Assembly: GCA_964035545.1 (NCBI GenBank)
Contig: OZ037771.1
Coordinates: 5,551,190-5,615,189, forward strand
Direction: 5' to 3'
DNA from: Bugula neritina
Lineage: Eukaryota; Animalia; Bryozoa
DNA length: 64,000 nt
Shown here: piece after piece, positions 12,592 to 25,192 of the stretch
Layout: the number at the start of each line of letters is the position of its first letter
Position numbering within the stretch: the stretch's first letter is position 1
The notes under the pieces: model-generated
What the model was told of the DNA's origin: nothing
The model's database searches: none
Seen by the model: only the letters and a program-made list of their open reading frames with translations
Translations under genes and position numbers: made by a program

Positions 12592-14459
12592 CAGCTTGCA
12601 TGACTGCAATGTGGAATACTGAGACTCCTGTTGACGTTCTGTGACAGTTTTGTTATACATTAGCCATTGAATAACAATTAATATATATTTAAGAGCATAT
12701 ATAAATAGCATCTCTTCTCATAGAGATTGGTAACGGTTTTTGTCATGTGTAATTTTGTATGTCCAACCAGTTTCTAATTTATATTATGAAAATCGGTTTT
12801 TTTCATTTTATTGATATGACCTCATGAAATGCAATATGACAAATATGATAGGCAATAATAAAGCATTTTTATTTTGAACTCAATTATTTTGCTGCTACAA
12901 TAGTCAATTATGCAAAAAATGCTTTTTCTAACACAACATTTGGAGCATTGTAAAAGAAAATTGTAGAATACATTGCTCATATGAGTAGGATTTGGTGTTG
13001 CTCTAAGTAAATTAGTCATACTAAACTGTAGAAAATTTAAATACAAAGTTAGATGTTAGTAGGCTACTAGCTCGATCAACTCATTATGAATAAGCTGAGT
13101 TGTCTAAAATACTAATTTCACACAAATGGTATACATTTTTACTTCACCTCCTCAAGACTAATGACCAATCGGGTTTTTGATGCGTAAGTAGCTCTGATGC
13201 TCATTTGCTATTAAATAAACTACTACGCCAGAGAGGGTTGGATCTTATCTTTATTTTCAACAGTTAAACCAGGAATCAATCAGCAACCAATCTTGCTTAT
13301 ACCAACCATTACCAACCTTTTTTATATAACCAGCCAACTGTGAAGCTTATGTTAATTATGTTAGCCATGTAATACTAGAGCAACTGATAGTAATACAAAA
13401 ACATAAATATACAAGAAATATCATTATTAACACGTTGAAGCTACAACACTATAAATTATCAAAAGAACAAAACTTGAATATAGAATAATATAATGTAACA
13501 CAAAATAACTACCTTGTGGGTCTATGCCTAGTAGATTACTGATTACTAATTGTTTTGTCATCTACTTGCTATAAATAGCTTAAAATAGCTGCTATTCTTT
13601 AATGCATCAGCTTAATAGCCAACAGTAGTCTATTGCTATATAGCTGAGTTAAGCTGAGTCATTTTAGCTTTGCAATTGAATTAGCAATGAGAACTACTAG
13701 TAGACCGGCCAGACTCCCACCCCACTCTGGCTCAGATGAAGTGCAGTTCCCAAGCTCATTATAGTGCAAAAAACTTTATAAATTGTGTAAAAGCTTAATT
13801 AACTTTCATAATTTGAAAAAAAAGTTACAAATACAATTTTTGTTTTGAGATTGAGATATTTTTATTTTGATTGCATATTAATGTGATTTTTTAAATTTAC
13901 ACAACCAATGGTTGTATAAAATTACTTTTTTGTGGCAATGCATGAAATGTTCACCTAGCTCAGTTAATGATAGTTTCTATTTTCTCCTGATATGATACCT
14001 TTAGTGTCTTTTTGATTGCATCTGTAAAGACAAGACTTCACAAATTTAAAAACAAATTTATGGTGAGTGTAGGTCTTATAGTAAACAAAAAATTTGCAGC
14101 AAAGATAAAAATGTTACAAAAAATACTTTAGACAAAATTTGCAAGAATTAAAGATGCAAATAGTCCATGAAAGTATTATGAAGAGCGGATTATATTCATA
14201 AAGAATGAATGTACATGTTTGTACACAGAAAGTAGCTTTAGTGTGCTTAAACACAGCCAATACTGATAATACTGCTAGTAATACATAAAATACAAACAAT
14301 GAGTATATTGATAATTATATTAGTTTATGTAAACTGTACATAAAATAATATATATGATTTTGGCATGTTTGTACATAAAAATTTTCACTTGGAATTTTTA
14401 TAACAACATAATATATTATAAATATATTACAATGTAATATAATTAAATGCGATAAAATA

Positions 14460-15826
14460 GAATAGGGGTAAGGGGGGGGGGGGCACAACGGTCATAGAGG
14501 TACAAAAAGCCGGCCAAATTGTGAGAGAACTTATTGACTTGGAGTTGTGATTTTTTTTTCATAAAAAGATAATCACATAATTATTCAGCCTTTGTAGTTT
14601 CAACACTTGCGGAACATACGTGTTGAAAAGGCGAGTAAAAAACTGTTTTTACCTACTTTTTGTAAATTTTTTAGGATGTCGTTAAAGCTTTATAACTTTT
14701 TACGCTCAAAGGCCAGCAGCCTATATTTTACTTATATTGTTGCCATTGCTTGTCTCTACATTGCTTAACTAGTATAACAGCAAACTCTGAAATAAATTTT
14801 CCTTGAGGCACATTTATTTTCAATTTGGCCACACGGGGCACAATGGGCCACGCTGACCGGGGCACAATGGGCCAGGCTGACCGGGGCACAATGGGCCACC
14901 TGATTATTGCACCCTGATCACTGTTATTAGTTTGTTTGCCCAAAAAGTTGGCTGAAATGTTACTAAAATCTATAAATATAGCCATTTCTGACCTTTTTGT
15001 AAAATATCAAAGACATCATGGTAAGACTACAAAACTATAAGTTGAAGCTCCCCTAATACATACATCTGGTGAGGTTAAAGCTTTGCCATTTTATACATAA
15101 TACAAAACACTCTGCTGTTGCTACTAGTAGATAGTCATGATAATCATTATATATTACACCATTGAGAGAATATACATGCATTTGACTGAAATAAATTGTG
15201 ATTTGCTCATTTGCTCCCCCCTCTCCCTTCCGTACTCCAGTCACAAACCTCAGCCATGCATGCACCTTAGCTACAGTTCATTGAAAAAAGTTCACTCAGA
15301 ATTTTGTAATACATTTTAGTAAAGTTTTTTTTTAATAAACGTTGCTCTGAAGTGAAAATAACAAAACATTTTTAGTTTTAAACGGTAATGATAATGGCAC
15401 TGCAGAACCGAGTGACGTGCGTTTGATTTTGCGTTCCTCTGCTATCCGTAGTGGCACAAACTGTACAGCTAAAACATGAATTTTGCTGTAGATCTGAAAA
15501 ATTATCTTTATTTATTTGTATTATTAAATAAATAAAAATCAGATATAACAAAATACGCAAAATTTCAATATATTGTTGTGTTCCACCCATTGGCCCATTG
15601 TACCCCGGTACCGGGGCACAATGGGCCAATTTTTTCGTCATGAAAATTTCATTATTCTGAAAGTTGTGAAAGAGATAGAAACAACAAACTGGTACCTGTA
15701 ATAGACAACAGATGTAGCATTAAGACTAGAGATTATTGAACTAGTAACTTGAAAAACAGACGAATTAGAGCAACAAATGCAAAATTCGGCCCGTTGTGCC
15801 CCCCCCCTCCCCCGTTACCCCTACTG
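14460..15826. mobile_element. Non-autonomous DNA transposon (TA-flanked, Tc1/pogo-like ends), possibly nested
   Basis: TIRs TAGGGGTAA(G)nCACAACGG / CCGTTGTG(C)n..TTACCCCTA flanked by TA; internal GGGGCACAATGGGCCA motif repeated 3x in 24-bp tandem (14834-14898) and as a palindrome (15589-15630); no transposase ORF. Confidence 0.65.
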
Positions 15827-18800
15827 TAGAATATATTGTAATATACTACAATTTATTATAATGTGAAATAATATTTTATAATTTAATAAGATAAATAATT
15901 GCAATATAATACAATTTAATACATATTATAGTTTCACTATGATACCTACAACATATAACATAATATTACAAATTTTAACATAATATTTTGTAATGCATTA
16001 TAATATAGCGTAATATAATTTTATATAATATAATTTTCATTATATTGTGTCATAATATAAAAAAGAGTATGTAATATTATATGATGCATCAAAATAATAT
16101 ACTTTTAAAACCTCTTCACTGTTTTCCAATTACAAATTTTTCAAACTATAATATAATAGTTGCTACTTTGCACACCAATGGTGTGAAATATTATATGGTG
16201 TGAAATTATTATATATACGCAATAAACCTAGCTCAAAAACATAAATCTGGACATGACGTGCACTAGAGTCTATATTATATATGTGTAACATTGAAGTTGA
16301 TTGCCGAATTCATTTGTAATTTTTCAAATCTGACATTTTTATAATGAGGTTGCATTTTCTTAAGTAATTTATTGGCTTTATGCCAAAAATCTTAGAAAAA
16401 GCTACAATTAATATAGAACTACATAGAGCTAGGTAACTATACTGCTAAAAATGTAATAACGAGACATAAACTATTGAATTCAAAAGCTTTTGAAATCATC
16501 TTCACATTTATTCAAAATAATATGTAGAATTGCAGTTTTATGAAGAAGTTGTCATACCCTTGAATAACTTGCTTGATCAACACAAAACAAAAAGTTTATC
16601 AGCCTAAAATATCTAACTTTATCTCCACAGAATGTATCTTGTTATGCAATTTTTTTCAGTTTGCTAATGAGAAATAGTTCAATTTTCTTACCTAACTGAA
16701 TACATGCACCTATAGCAGTAGGCTACTGTGACAGCTTTACTTTTAAAAAATTGTGTGTTTTGTTTTGCAAAAGAATGGAAATTGACTTAGCTATACTTGT
16801 ATAACAAGTCTTTTCACATGCATTTCCCCCACCACAGTGTTCAAATAAGTTCTTTTAAGTATACTCCATTAAAAAAGTTCTCATCCTAAAATATTACCCA
16901 TACTTGTTTTACTAATATTAATCGGAAAAACCTACATGGCTACTAGGCAACATCGAGTTTGGGGCAGTATTTTCACAGTACATCCATTAAGTTTCATCCC
17001 TAATAGACGCATCTCAGTTAGATGCTAGGCTACATTTCCTGCTTAGACTTTTCCCACATGAATGTTTTTCAATTATAGACGACATTTATTTATTTTGGTA
17101 CAATATATATTTTATGTGCAATCTATTTGAATATTTTTGAAATATATATATTCAAATAAACTTGGATCAATTGCTTGTTATATCTAGCGCATCGTAAATA
17201 AATTCTTGTGATCTGCATTAGCTTAATAATTTTGCACATTCTATACTTCTTGAGTTGTTTGAAAAAATACTTCATTAATAAGTATTCATTAAGAATAATG
17301 TCTATTATTAATGTATTACTGCTTTTTGCCCCACAAAAATCAGTGAAAGGTGGATTATTATGCTGGATACTTTATATTAACTATTATTTTATAATTAGCC
17401 ATCAATACAACAATTATATACATGTACATTAATATGGCACCAAAATAAAAATAGCGTCCAACTGGGAAGCATCTAAGTGAGAAATATCTAACGTAACCGG
17501 GTTAAGTGTCTATCTGAGATGACACCATCCATGACACATGCCAACAAGTAGACGCAATGACAGCTGACTGGTTATTAAGGTAAGGCATGGTTTTAACATC
17601 TCACTTATACAACTGTTTAATATTGACTTAAGTAATTACTTCCTTGTTTTATTTGTATGGCTTATGTTTGCATGTTTGCTTTTTAATATAGTAGAAAACT
17701 AATTTTACTTCGGCAATCAAATTTTAAAGAAGGTCCAATTAAGTTATTATTGCAAAAACTTCGTCCAAAGAGTCATTCTTACCAACAAACCATAATATTT
17801 TGAGCAATGGTTGCTACTGGAGTGTTTTGATTTACATTGTAAAGCTTTTTATATGCTAAGAGCAAATAATTGATGCATAAAAGCTTTTTGTAAAGTTATG
17901 AAGAAGAATAATATTTACATGCTTTACTGTGAGCCTATGAAATGAAATAATGAGAGAATATTTGACCAATTAGCACTTGGTATTATCAAAACTGCAATAC
18001 ATATAAACTTTATTTACTTAAACCAATAACATAAGAAAATTTTGGCATGTGATTATATACATTAAGGGTAGCTTGACAGCATGATAGAATGAGTTTAATT
18101 GCTTCTTTATTCACAAAGTATTACTGCAATAACATATAACTGGTATATAAACAATCTTAGTTAGGAGCTATTACAACTACACATCTAATTTAACTATATT
18201 TTGATTATGCTAAGATTATCAATGCATACTTATTGATTTCTGATTAACATATATGCCAAAACTATAATATTATTTTGCTGTATTTTATTATATATTTTAT
18301 TGTATTTGTTATAATAGTCTAACTCATAATTCCAAAATCTGAAAAGAAAAAAACTTAAAAGAAATTAGACCAAATGAATGTAGAAAGTTGAGTTTGAAAG
18401 TTAAAATGTTGTTATCTTGTATTTATTAATGCCTCTGCACTTGCAGCCTAATAGTATTATTTCAAAAGTTTGAAAAACTATTGGGAAAAATCATATTTGT
18501 CTATAGTATTGGTATAATGCCCACTTATGGTATTAATTTATTTACATTAATCTATTTATAGTAATAAGAATATAGGTATATTTTAGTTCCAATAAACACA
18601 GTAAACACAGCAAACATATATGAATAAAACATACTGTTAAGCATGCATACTATGAGCTATAACGGTCAGCAATCTGAAAGAAAAGCAGTCACCGATTTCT
18701 TATGTTTTGGTAAGAACAAAATAAAATTTATTTCAATTAAAAGTTAATTGTAATCTGCATTGTGTTCGATAAAATGGAACAGCTCTCAGCAAAGATAACA

Positions 18801-19095
18801 GATTAATAATAATTAGCCACAAGGTTTCTGAAAGTAATAGAAAGATTTGAAGTTAAAGCTGCGTTTGGTCCATAGGTTTCAAGCAATAAGCAGTAAGTCA
18901 AAGTAATTATTAGTTTTACATTAATTACTCTATGTATCTCTATTATAGATCAAATGTGTTTTTATGTAAATAGACAAATATCATATAACATTAGTTTGGT
19001 ATTACAGCAGCTGCTACCCAAACAGGGCAAAGCAGAGATCATGGGTGAGAATAGGTGAGAATTTGGTGCTACAGCATTTTTCAAAGTAAAACATT

Positions 19096-22000
19096 TCAAA
19101 TCCAATTTGAGACCTCAGATGGACGGTTACTTAGTGTTTCAATAAGTGTTTTGATAAACCCCTCCCTACTGTGACTACCAGCAGAGGTACTGCACACACC
19201 CACAGGCCATTCCAGATGCTTCTTGTCCATTATCAGTCTTGTGAGAAGTTTAGGAAGATGATCCAGTTGGGAGACAGAACTGATCCCAACTGTGATTACA
19301 AGAAGCTCACTCACTGGCTTCAATTTAATCAATTCAAACTCAAATTTAGTCACATCATCCTTCATGTAGTCTGGTGTGAGAAATATGATTGTTTTCGCAC
19401 TCTGAGCTATGAGCTTGGCTGTTGCTAATCTTGACATTTCACCCGGTAAAGTGTTTATTTCACTTGAGGTGATGGTAATGTTAAAACATTTGATCTCACT
19501 CAGCAACTCTAAAAAAACAAACACATATGAATCTGCATTGCAGTCATTGGATAGGAAAAAAGCTTTTCCACATGTTTTATTAAAATGATTGTCATTAGTA
19601 CTTCTTGGATAACATTAATTTTTATATGCCTATATAGATTTATCCAAATCTACTATCATTATACAGAGTATGTGATATAATTACCAATCAGTTTAGCAGT
19701 AAATCCATTTGTGTGACTGGCAAATACCCTACATTCTTCTGCAGCTAACGACCCTAATTTGTTTTGATAAAAACAAAGCAGCAGACTGTGGCGATTGAGA
19801 TACATCACAACTATTATAAAGAGTATTGAAACTGAAGCAATTGCAGTAGCAACACTGATTGTAACAAGCTGCTCTGATAATCCACCAGAAGTTTCTGTGC
19901 TGGTACTGACTGTTGGTGAGACATAGTAATCACTGATTGTCATATCTAATCCGTAGCAATAGAACTGAGAATCGCATTTAACAGCTGGAGATGTAAGCAG
20001 CCATTGGATATAATTAACGTGAGACTCATTGTTGGAGCATAGGACAGTGTTTCCTGTGAGATCAACATAAAAATTTTTATTCAATGATTGATTGTCAAAC
20101 TCATTTCGAAATTCTTCTTCAATGTAGTGAATGCTGTTGTTTATTAAGTTAAGGTATGTAAGTTTAAGGTTTTTAGAGATGGTGACGTTCCAACTAAAAA
20201 GTTCATTGCCATGGAGATCAAGATGGGTCAAGTCCGGGTGATGAGAGAAGAAGTTAAAGTCCGAAAAATATGAAATTCCTCCCGACTGTTGTCCAAGGTA
20301 AAGTTCTTCTAAAGCTGGAGCACCTCCTAAGAGCTCTCCATCTATATCATTCCTTAGCTTCTCACCAAGTTTATTTTTAGATAACTCCAAAGTTTTTATT
20401 GGAAAATTAGTCAGAAAATCTTGAGACCACCCACTGATATCGCAGTCAGTGCAAACCAGTTTTGAAAGATATTGAAATCCAGTTATATCTTTACATGATA
20501 TAAATCCTACTTGAGAGTGTGATAGTGTTATGGTTTTAAGATTATTGAGATAATTTACAATGTAAGAGCATAACGGATTTGCTTCATATTTTTGGGAATC
20601 TTCAGACAATGTGAAATCATTGTAATCAACGGCTAAAGTTGTCAGATGTGGAGGAAGAAAACGAAAATCGTTTTTTTTCGCTTCTAAAATGTCTTTCCAA
20701 TGATTTTCTATGTACTCCCAGTAATATCTTATAGTGAAATCTACAGCTTCATTGGACACATGTTCAATTTTGTCGTGTCTGATGTAATCTATAGCATAGT
20801 ACACTACAATGTCTTGATTAAAACATGACAACAGAGTTAAAGTGTTTTGATTACATTTGTATTCAAGGTAGTCCACAAGCTTAATAAAAACATAAAATTC
20901 AAGTATGTCAGGATTGTGAGTTACATTCCAGTTAAACTCATCTTCAGTAAACAAATAACTATCTTGGTTACAATCTAGAAGATCTGGGTAATAGTTGCGT
21001 CCATCACACGAATAGTCTTTGGCCATACCACGAAATGCAATGTAACGAATGAAAGGTGTCTGAAATTCCATGTTAAAGAACAGGGCTAAAACAGATGCGC
21101 GTAAGAGTTGATCTTCTGCAAAACCTGCCACCTGCAAAGAGGAATAGTTTAATTCGTTTTGGCTAATGTCAAAGTATAGCAGTCCTTGACAATACTTTCG
21201 TAAGTTGAGAGATGTTGGAGTTTGTATGTGATTGGCTTGTGCTGACAACACTTGTAGCGGAACTGTGGACAGAGGAGCTATGTCACCATTGTTAATATCC
21301 CACCAGCAGAAATCTATACCCTTCTCCGGAATGTTTATATGGTCTAGTAAGAGTGTGTGAAGTTTACTGTATGCTATTCCGTTAACAATTTCATGAAGAT
21401 GTTCTCTCAGTGGATTACAGGAAAGGTCAAGTTTTAGCAAGGAACTTATAAAACTTTTTAGAAACTCTTTATTAATAAGATTTACACCACAGTTTCTGGC
21501 AGAGAAACGTTTCAAGGGCAAAGTAAGAAGAGGCGACATAGAGGTGTCAGTCAATTCTGGCGTATCACAGTCAGGCCCACCTACAAATGAAAATACTAGT
21601 AACCTCTTATTTTTAAGTTCTAAATCACTTTTACTCATCCTAGGCAATGTTGTAACAATAAAAGATATATAGATTTCGGTTACACCAGCTACTTATAAGT
21701 TTGGTGAAAATCTCGGCTGAGAAGGCTGCATTATTTTTTGCTGATTCAAAAAAAGAAACTTTATGCTTTTTTTATATATTATGTATAGTTGATAGGCAGC
21801 TACCTGTCTGTATTTATTATTTGATGCTACATACTTTTTGAAAGAGCTTTTCTGTTGCTTTACATACCTTGCAAAGGATGTGAATGTCTTTTAGCCAGCA
21901 CATACATATAGTATATTACACAAAAAGACACTTATTTCTTTTGACATGGAAAAATTTTAGCTACTAACATTAGTATTTCAACTCAGCCAAAATTAGTTTC

Positions 22001-23803
22001 AAACCATAGTCTTTGGGAAGCACAGATTGATCTAACAAGCAAATTTACAATATTTACCAATGCTCAACGTGTGTAACTTGTGAAATTCTGTAAAGACTGA
22101 GCTAAATGTCGGGGTTCCAATTAAGTAAAGTTCTTCTAGCGAGTTGTTGAGAAGAGCCAAGGCTGAATAATCAAACTCCAGAGTAGGTTTGTGACCATCT
22201 TTCTGTTTTAACCTATAAGTTGGGCAACCACAGACGTGTTGTAGTTTTGTGCACTACGAGAGTGGGGTATTATTGCATACACGAATTACTGCTGCATGAT
22301 TTATTACGAGGTTAGTGTTTATGAAAGATCTATATTTTAAGTCTAATAATATACAAGTATGGAGTTATCAATAATTACAAAAGAATACACATATAGAACA
22401 GCTACACAATATTATCCTAGTCTACATGACAGTTATCCTCTGACTGAGGCTGGGCACCAGAAGACGCTGTTTATATCTGAAGGGTTGGCTCTGATTGGCC
22501 GGTAGGGGTGCCGGCGGTGCCACCATAAGGAGTGGTGCGGTGCCGCATGGGATTGCGGCATCGCTAACAGATTTATAGTCTCTTGGAACTTTTACAATAT
22601 TATATAATATCACAACTTCTGTTGCAGGTATTTAATACATGCAGGAGGTTGTGGGGCACACTTCCCACTGCCACTACACATTGACAGTTTGTTGGAACTT
22701 TACATCTTAAATATAATTCAACTAGTTATCAATTGCAATGTGTTGCAAACACAGAACATACAATGTAACCCACAATGGTGGCCATGAACAGTTCGTTACT
22801 AAATGGTTTACAATATTAGGATAGTACAAACAATTTTATGTAATCACTAACTACTTTTCTTGCAACAAAATTTGCCATAGCATAATAAATTGTTTTATAT
22901 TTTAATTTTATTTAGAAAAAACTTATAGTCTGCAACTTTTTGTAGCTCTACAAAATAATCATTTTGAAATTGTAATTCTTCAAAAATATTGCCTAACCTA
23001 CTAACATGCTGTCTTACCGTTGCTCACAGAGTTGATAAAACTAGTGCACTAAAATGAAAAAAGCTACGTTTTTTAGTTTAAGCAAATGCATTATTTTCAA
23101 ACGCTTTCTGGATTTGGAAATTTACTGTTTCAACTTTTAAATGGTAGATTATAATATACTCTTTAAATTGTATAACCTGTTTCAAAATGAAATATCTGAA
23201 CATGTACCTGAGTGTCTTCAGAGTTGTCAGTCCTTTGAATGAGTCTCTACTGATAGTTTTATTAGAAAGTAGAATATTGTTGAAAGACATGTTAAGATGT
23301 AAGAGTCGTGTATTGGAGGCAAATACAAGGGGACCAATGAATGAGATCTGGTTGTAGGAGAGATCAAGAGATTTAAGGTCAGTAAAAGGTGAAAGGTCGG
23401 GTATGCTGTTGAGGTGATTGTGATTGAGTTTTAGCACTCTGATACTAGTAGTATTGAGAGTTGGTGGTACAGAAAACTGTGTTATTTGACTATCACTACA
23501 GTCCATGACACCAGGTATATCACAGGTACATCTCTCTATCTCACAGGGTCTGCCACACTGTCTTCCTTCAACAAACTATAAAAAAAATCAAATTGAACTA
23601 TTTCAGTTGCTCTCTCTATTTGACATTTTGGTTAAAAGGTATAATAGTAAGCAATTCTCTAAGTTTGCGTAGCTAGTATACCATCCACAACTCTTGTGTA
23701 GTATGTTATATTTTCTTACCTGACTATGTGTTTGACAAATGGTGCAAAGTAGAAACAGTAATGACATGTATCTATAACACATGCTGTAAGCAGGACCAGC
23801 CAT
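19096..23803 (-). CDS. Toll-like receptor copy 1, ~971 aa; exons 23803-23720, 23575-23208, 22212-22058, 21580-19685, 19508-19096
   Basis: Signal peptide exon (84 nt), LRRNT (CGRPCEIERCTC..C), LxxLxLxxN repeats, LRRCT-like GNTVLC..C..C, TM, TIR (FASH; LPG; SAKTIIFLTPDY; KFEFEL; EWP). All junctions are GT/AG with phases 0, 2, 1, 1. Confidence 0.92.
22237..22569 (-). mobile_element. Probable solo LTR in intron 2 of TLR copy 1
   Basis: TGTT...AACA termini; on the - strand a GC-rich U3-like part, CCAAT (22494-98), TATA (22470-76) and AATAAA (22300-05) occur in LTR order; absent from the other three copies. No clean TSD. Confidence 0.55.
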
Positions 23804-24456
23804 GATGACAGCTAACTGATAAATAATAGGCATGGTTTTGAGACCTCACTCATACAGCTGTCTAATGAATGTCAGCATTTATTTCTTAATTGCTTCTTTT
23901 TATGGCTCTCAATGGTAAAAATTTGCTATTTACTAGTGAAAAGTTGTTTTGTCTTTGCCAAACAAATGTTCAACAAAGGTTTAATTAAACCAATAATGTA
24001 AACGCTGCGTCCAGTTAATTCTTCTTAACAGCAAATCATATTCTTGTGATCAGCATTGCTTTGATGGCTGCTATTGAAATGTTTTATTCATCATTTAAAG
24101 CTTCGTATATTTTTCAGTCTTCTATGACGCAAATTATAGACTGATGTATGAATGTGTTTTGTTAGCATATACAGAAAAATGGTTTGATTTTTTATTGCGA
24201 GCATTGACCATTTGTCAGTTTATATTATAACTGCAATATACAATAATTGGACACTAAACTTCACGGTAATAAACAACTATACTTTCTCAAACATATAAAT
24301 AATATACCAGAATATTGACATGTAACTACATGAGCTAGAATGAGAATGGGAACATGACATGCGTGACTGCTCTTTCTTATGCGCAAACTGTGTTGTTAGT
24401 TGAGTATACCATGCCAAGGTATTAGACGTGGTGTGAGTTAATAAGGTGTAGACTAA

Positions 24457-24800
24457 GCCTAGAGCCACACTGTGCGTATTTTCGCATGCGAAAATTGAAA
24501 TCACAAGTAGCAAAGGTGTCCACTGTAGCGTCAGTGTTGCGTAATAAATAAAGCTTTCATTTTTAAATCGCACTCACTTTCAATAGAACGCAATTTACTG
24601 GAATGTAGCACTAAATTAAAGAAATTGGGCTCGCTGAATAGCTACCAGCCAATTAGGTGACGATGATAGAGATGATTTGCACTTGTCGCTCAGCATTTTC
24701 AAAGCAAGTGCGAACGTTTTCTCAACGCGCACAGTGGACACCTTTGCTACTTGTGATTTCAATTTTCGCATGCGAAAATACGCACCGTGTGGCCCTAGGC
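24457..24800. mobile_element. MITE, PIF/Harbinger (Tourist)-like, ~650 bp upstream of the TLR copy 1 start codon
   Basis: 70-bp TIRs (24457-24526 / 24731-24800, 2 mismatches); TAA TSD at 24454-56 and 24801-03. Confidence 0.85.
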
Positions 24801-24989
24801 TAAGAGCAATACCGTCTAAGTCCTTTTGAAACATCTGGAGCGGTTTGCAGGTAGAATTGGCTTGCTATGGAGTGACTTAAATTAAGCATTCGGGTTCATA
24901 TCTATAAAGGCCCGTCAGTCAATGGGTACGAATGGGAGATAACTCACAACAGCACTTTCACTGCTGGCGCCAGGATATTTTTTGCATAC

Positions 24990-25192
24990 ATGCGAGACAA
25001 ATTGATTTTGTAGAGAGCTGTGGCCAGTCATTATAAAACAGGCCAAGTAATATATGTACTGCTGCTGCTTCTAGGAAAGGGCAGCAGCAACTGAGTAGCA
25101 ATGCTTACTATTGCTGTAGATGTGCCTACAGAGCAAAATATCATGCTGAGCAGCACAATGTGCCTTATAGTCTGATTGGTTTTGCAACTCAT
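24990..25192 (-). pseudogene. Orphan signal-peptide exon (25192-25109) of the TLR-like relic gene
   Basis: 84-nt exon MSCKTNQTIRHIVLLSMIFCSVGTSTAI|GTAAG, homologous to 35568-35485 and 49448-49365; downstream part is missing here. Confidence 0.6.

Noticed and set aside
14834-14898. CRISPR-like repeats (also 38844-38911)
   Set aside because: Head-to-tail tandem repeats without unique spacers, in eukaryotic transposons; no cas genes.
17450-17590. Possible exon ending in AAG|GTAAG
   Set aside because: No partner exon or coding signal could be identified.
19659-21647. Stand-alone 662-aa LRR-TM gene and separate TIR-only gene
   Set aside because: Phase-compatible splice sites join them and the upstream exons into a single TLR in all four copies.
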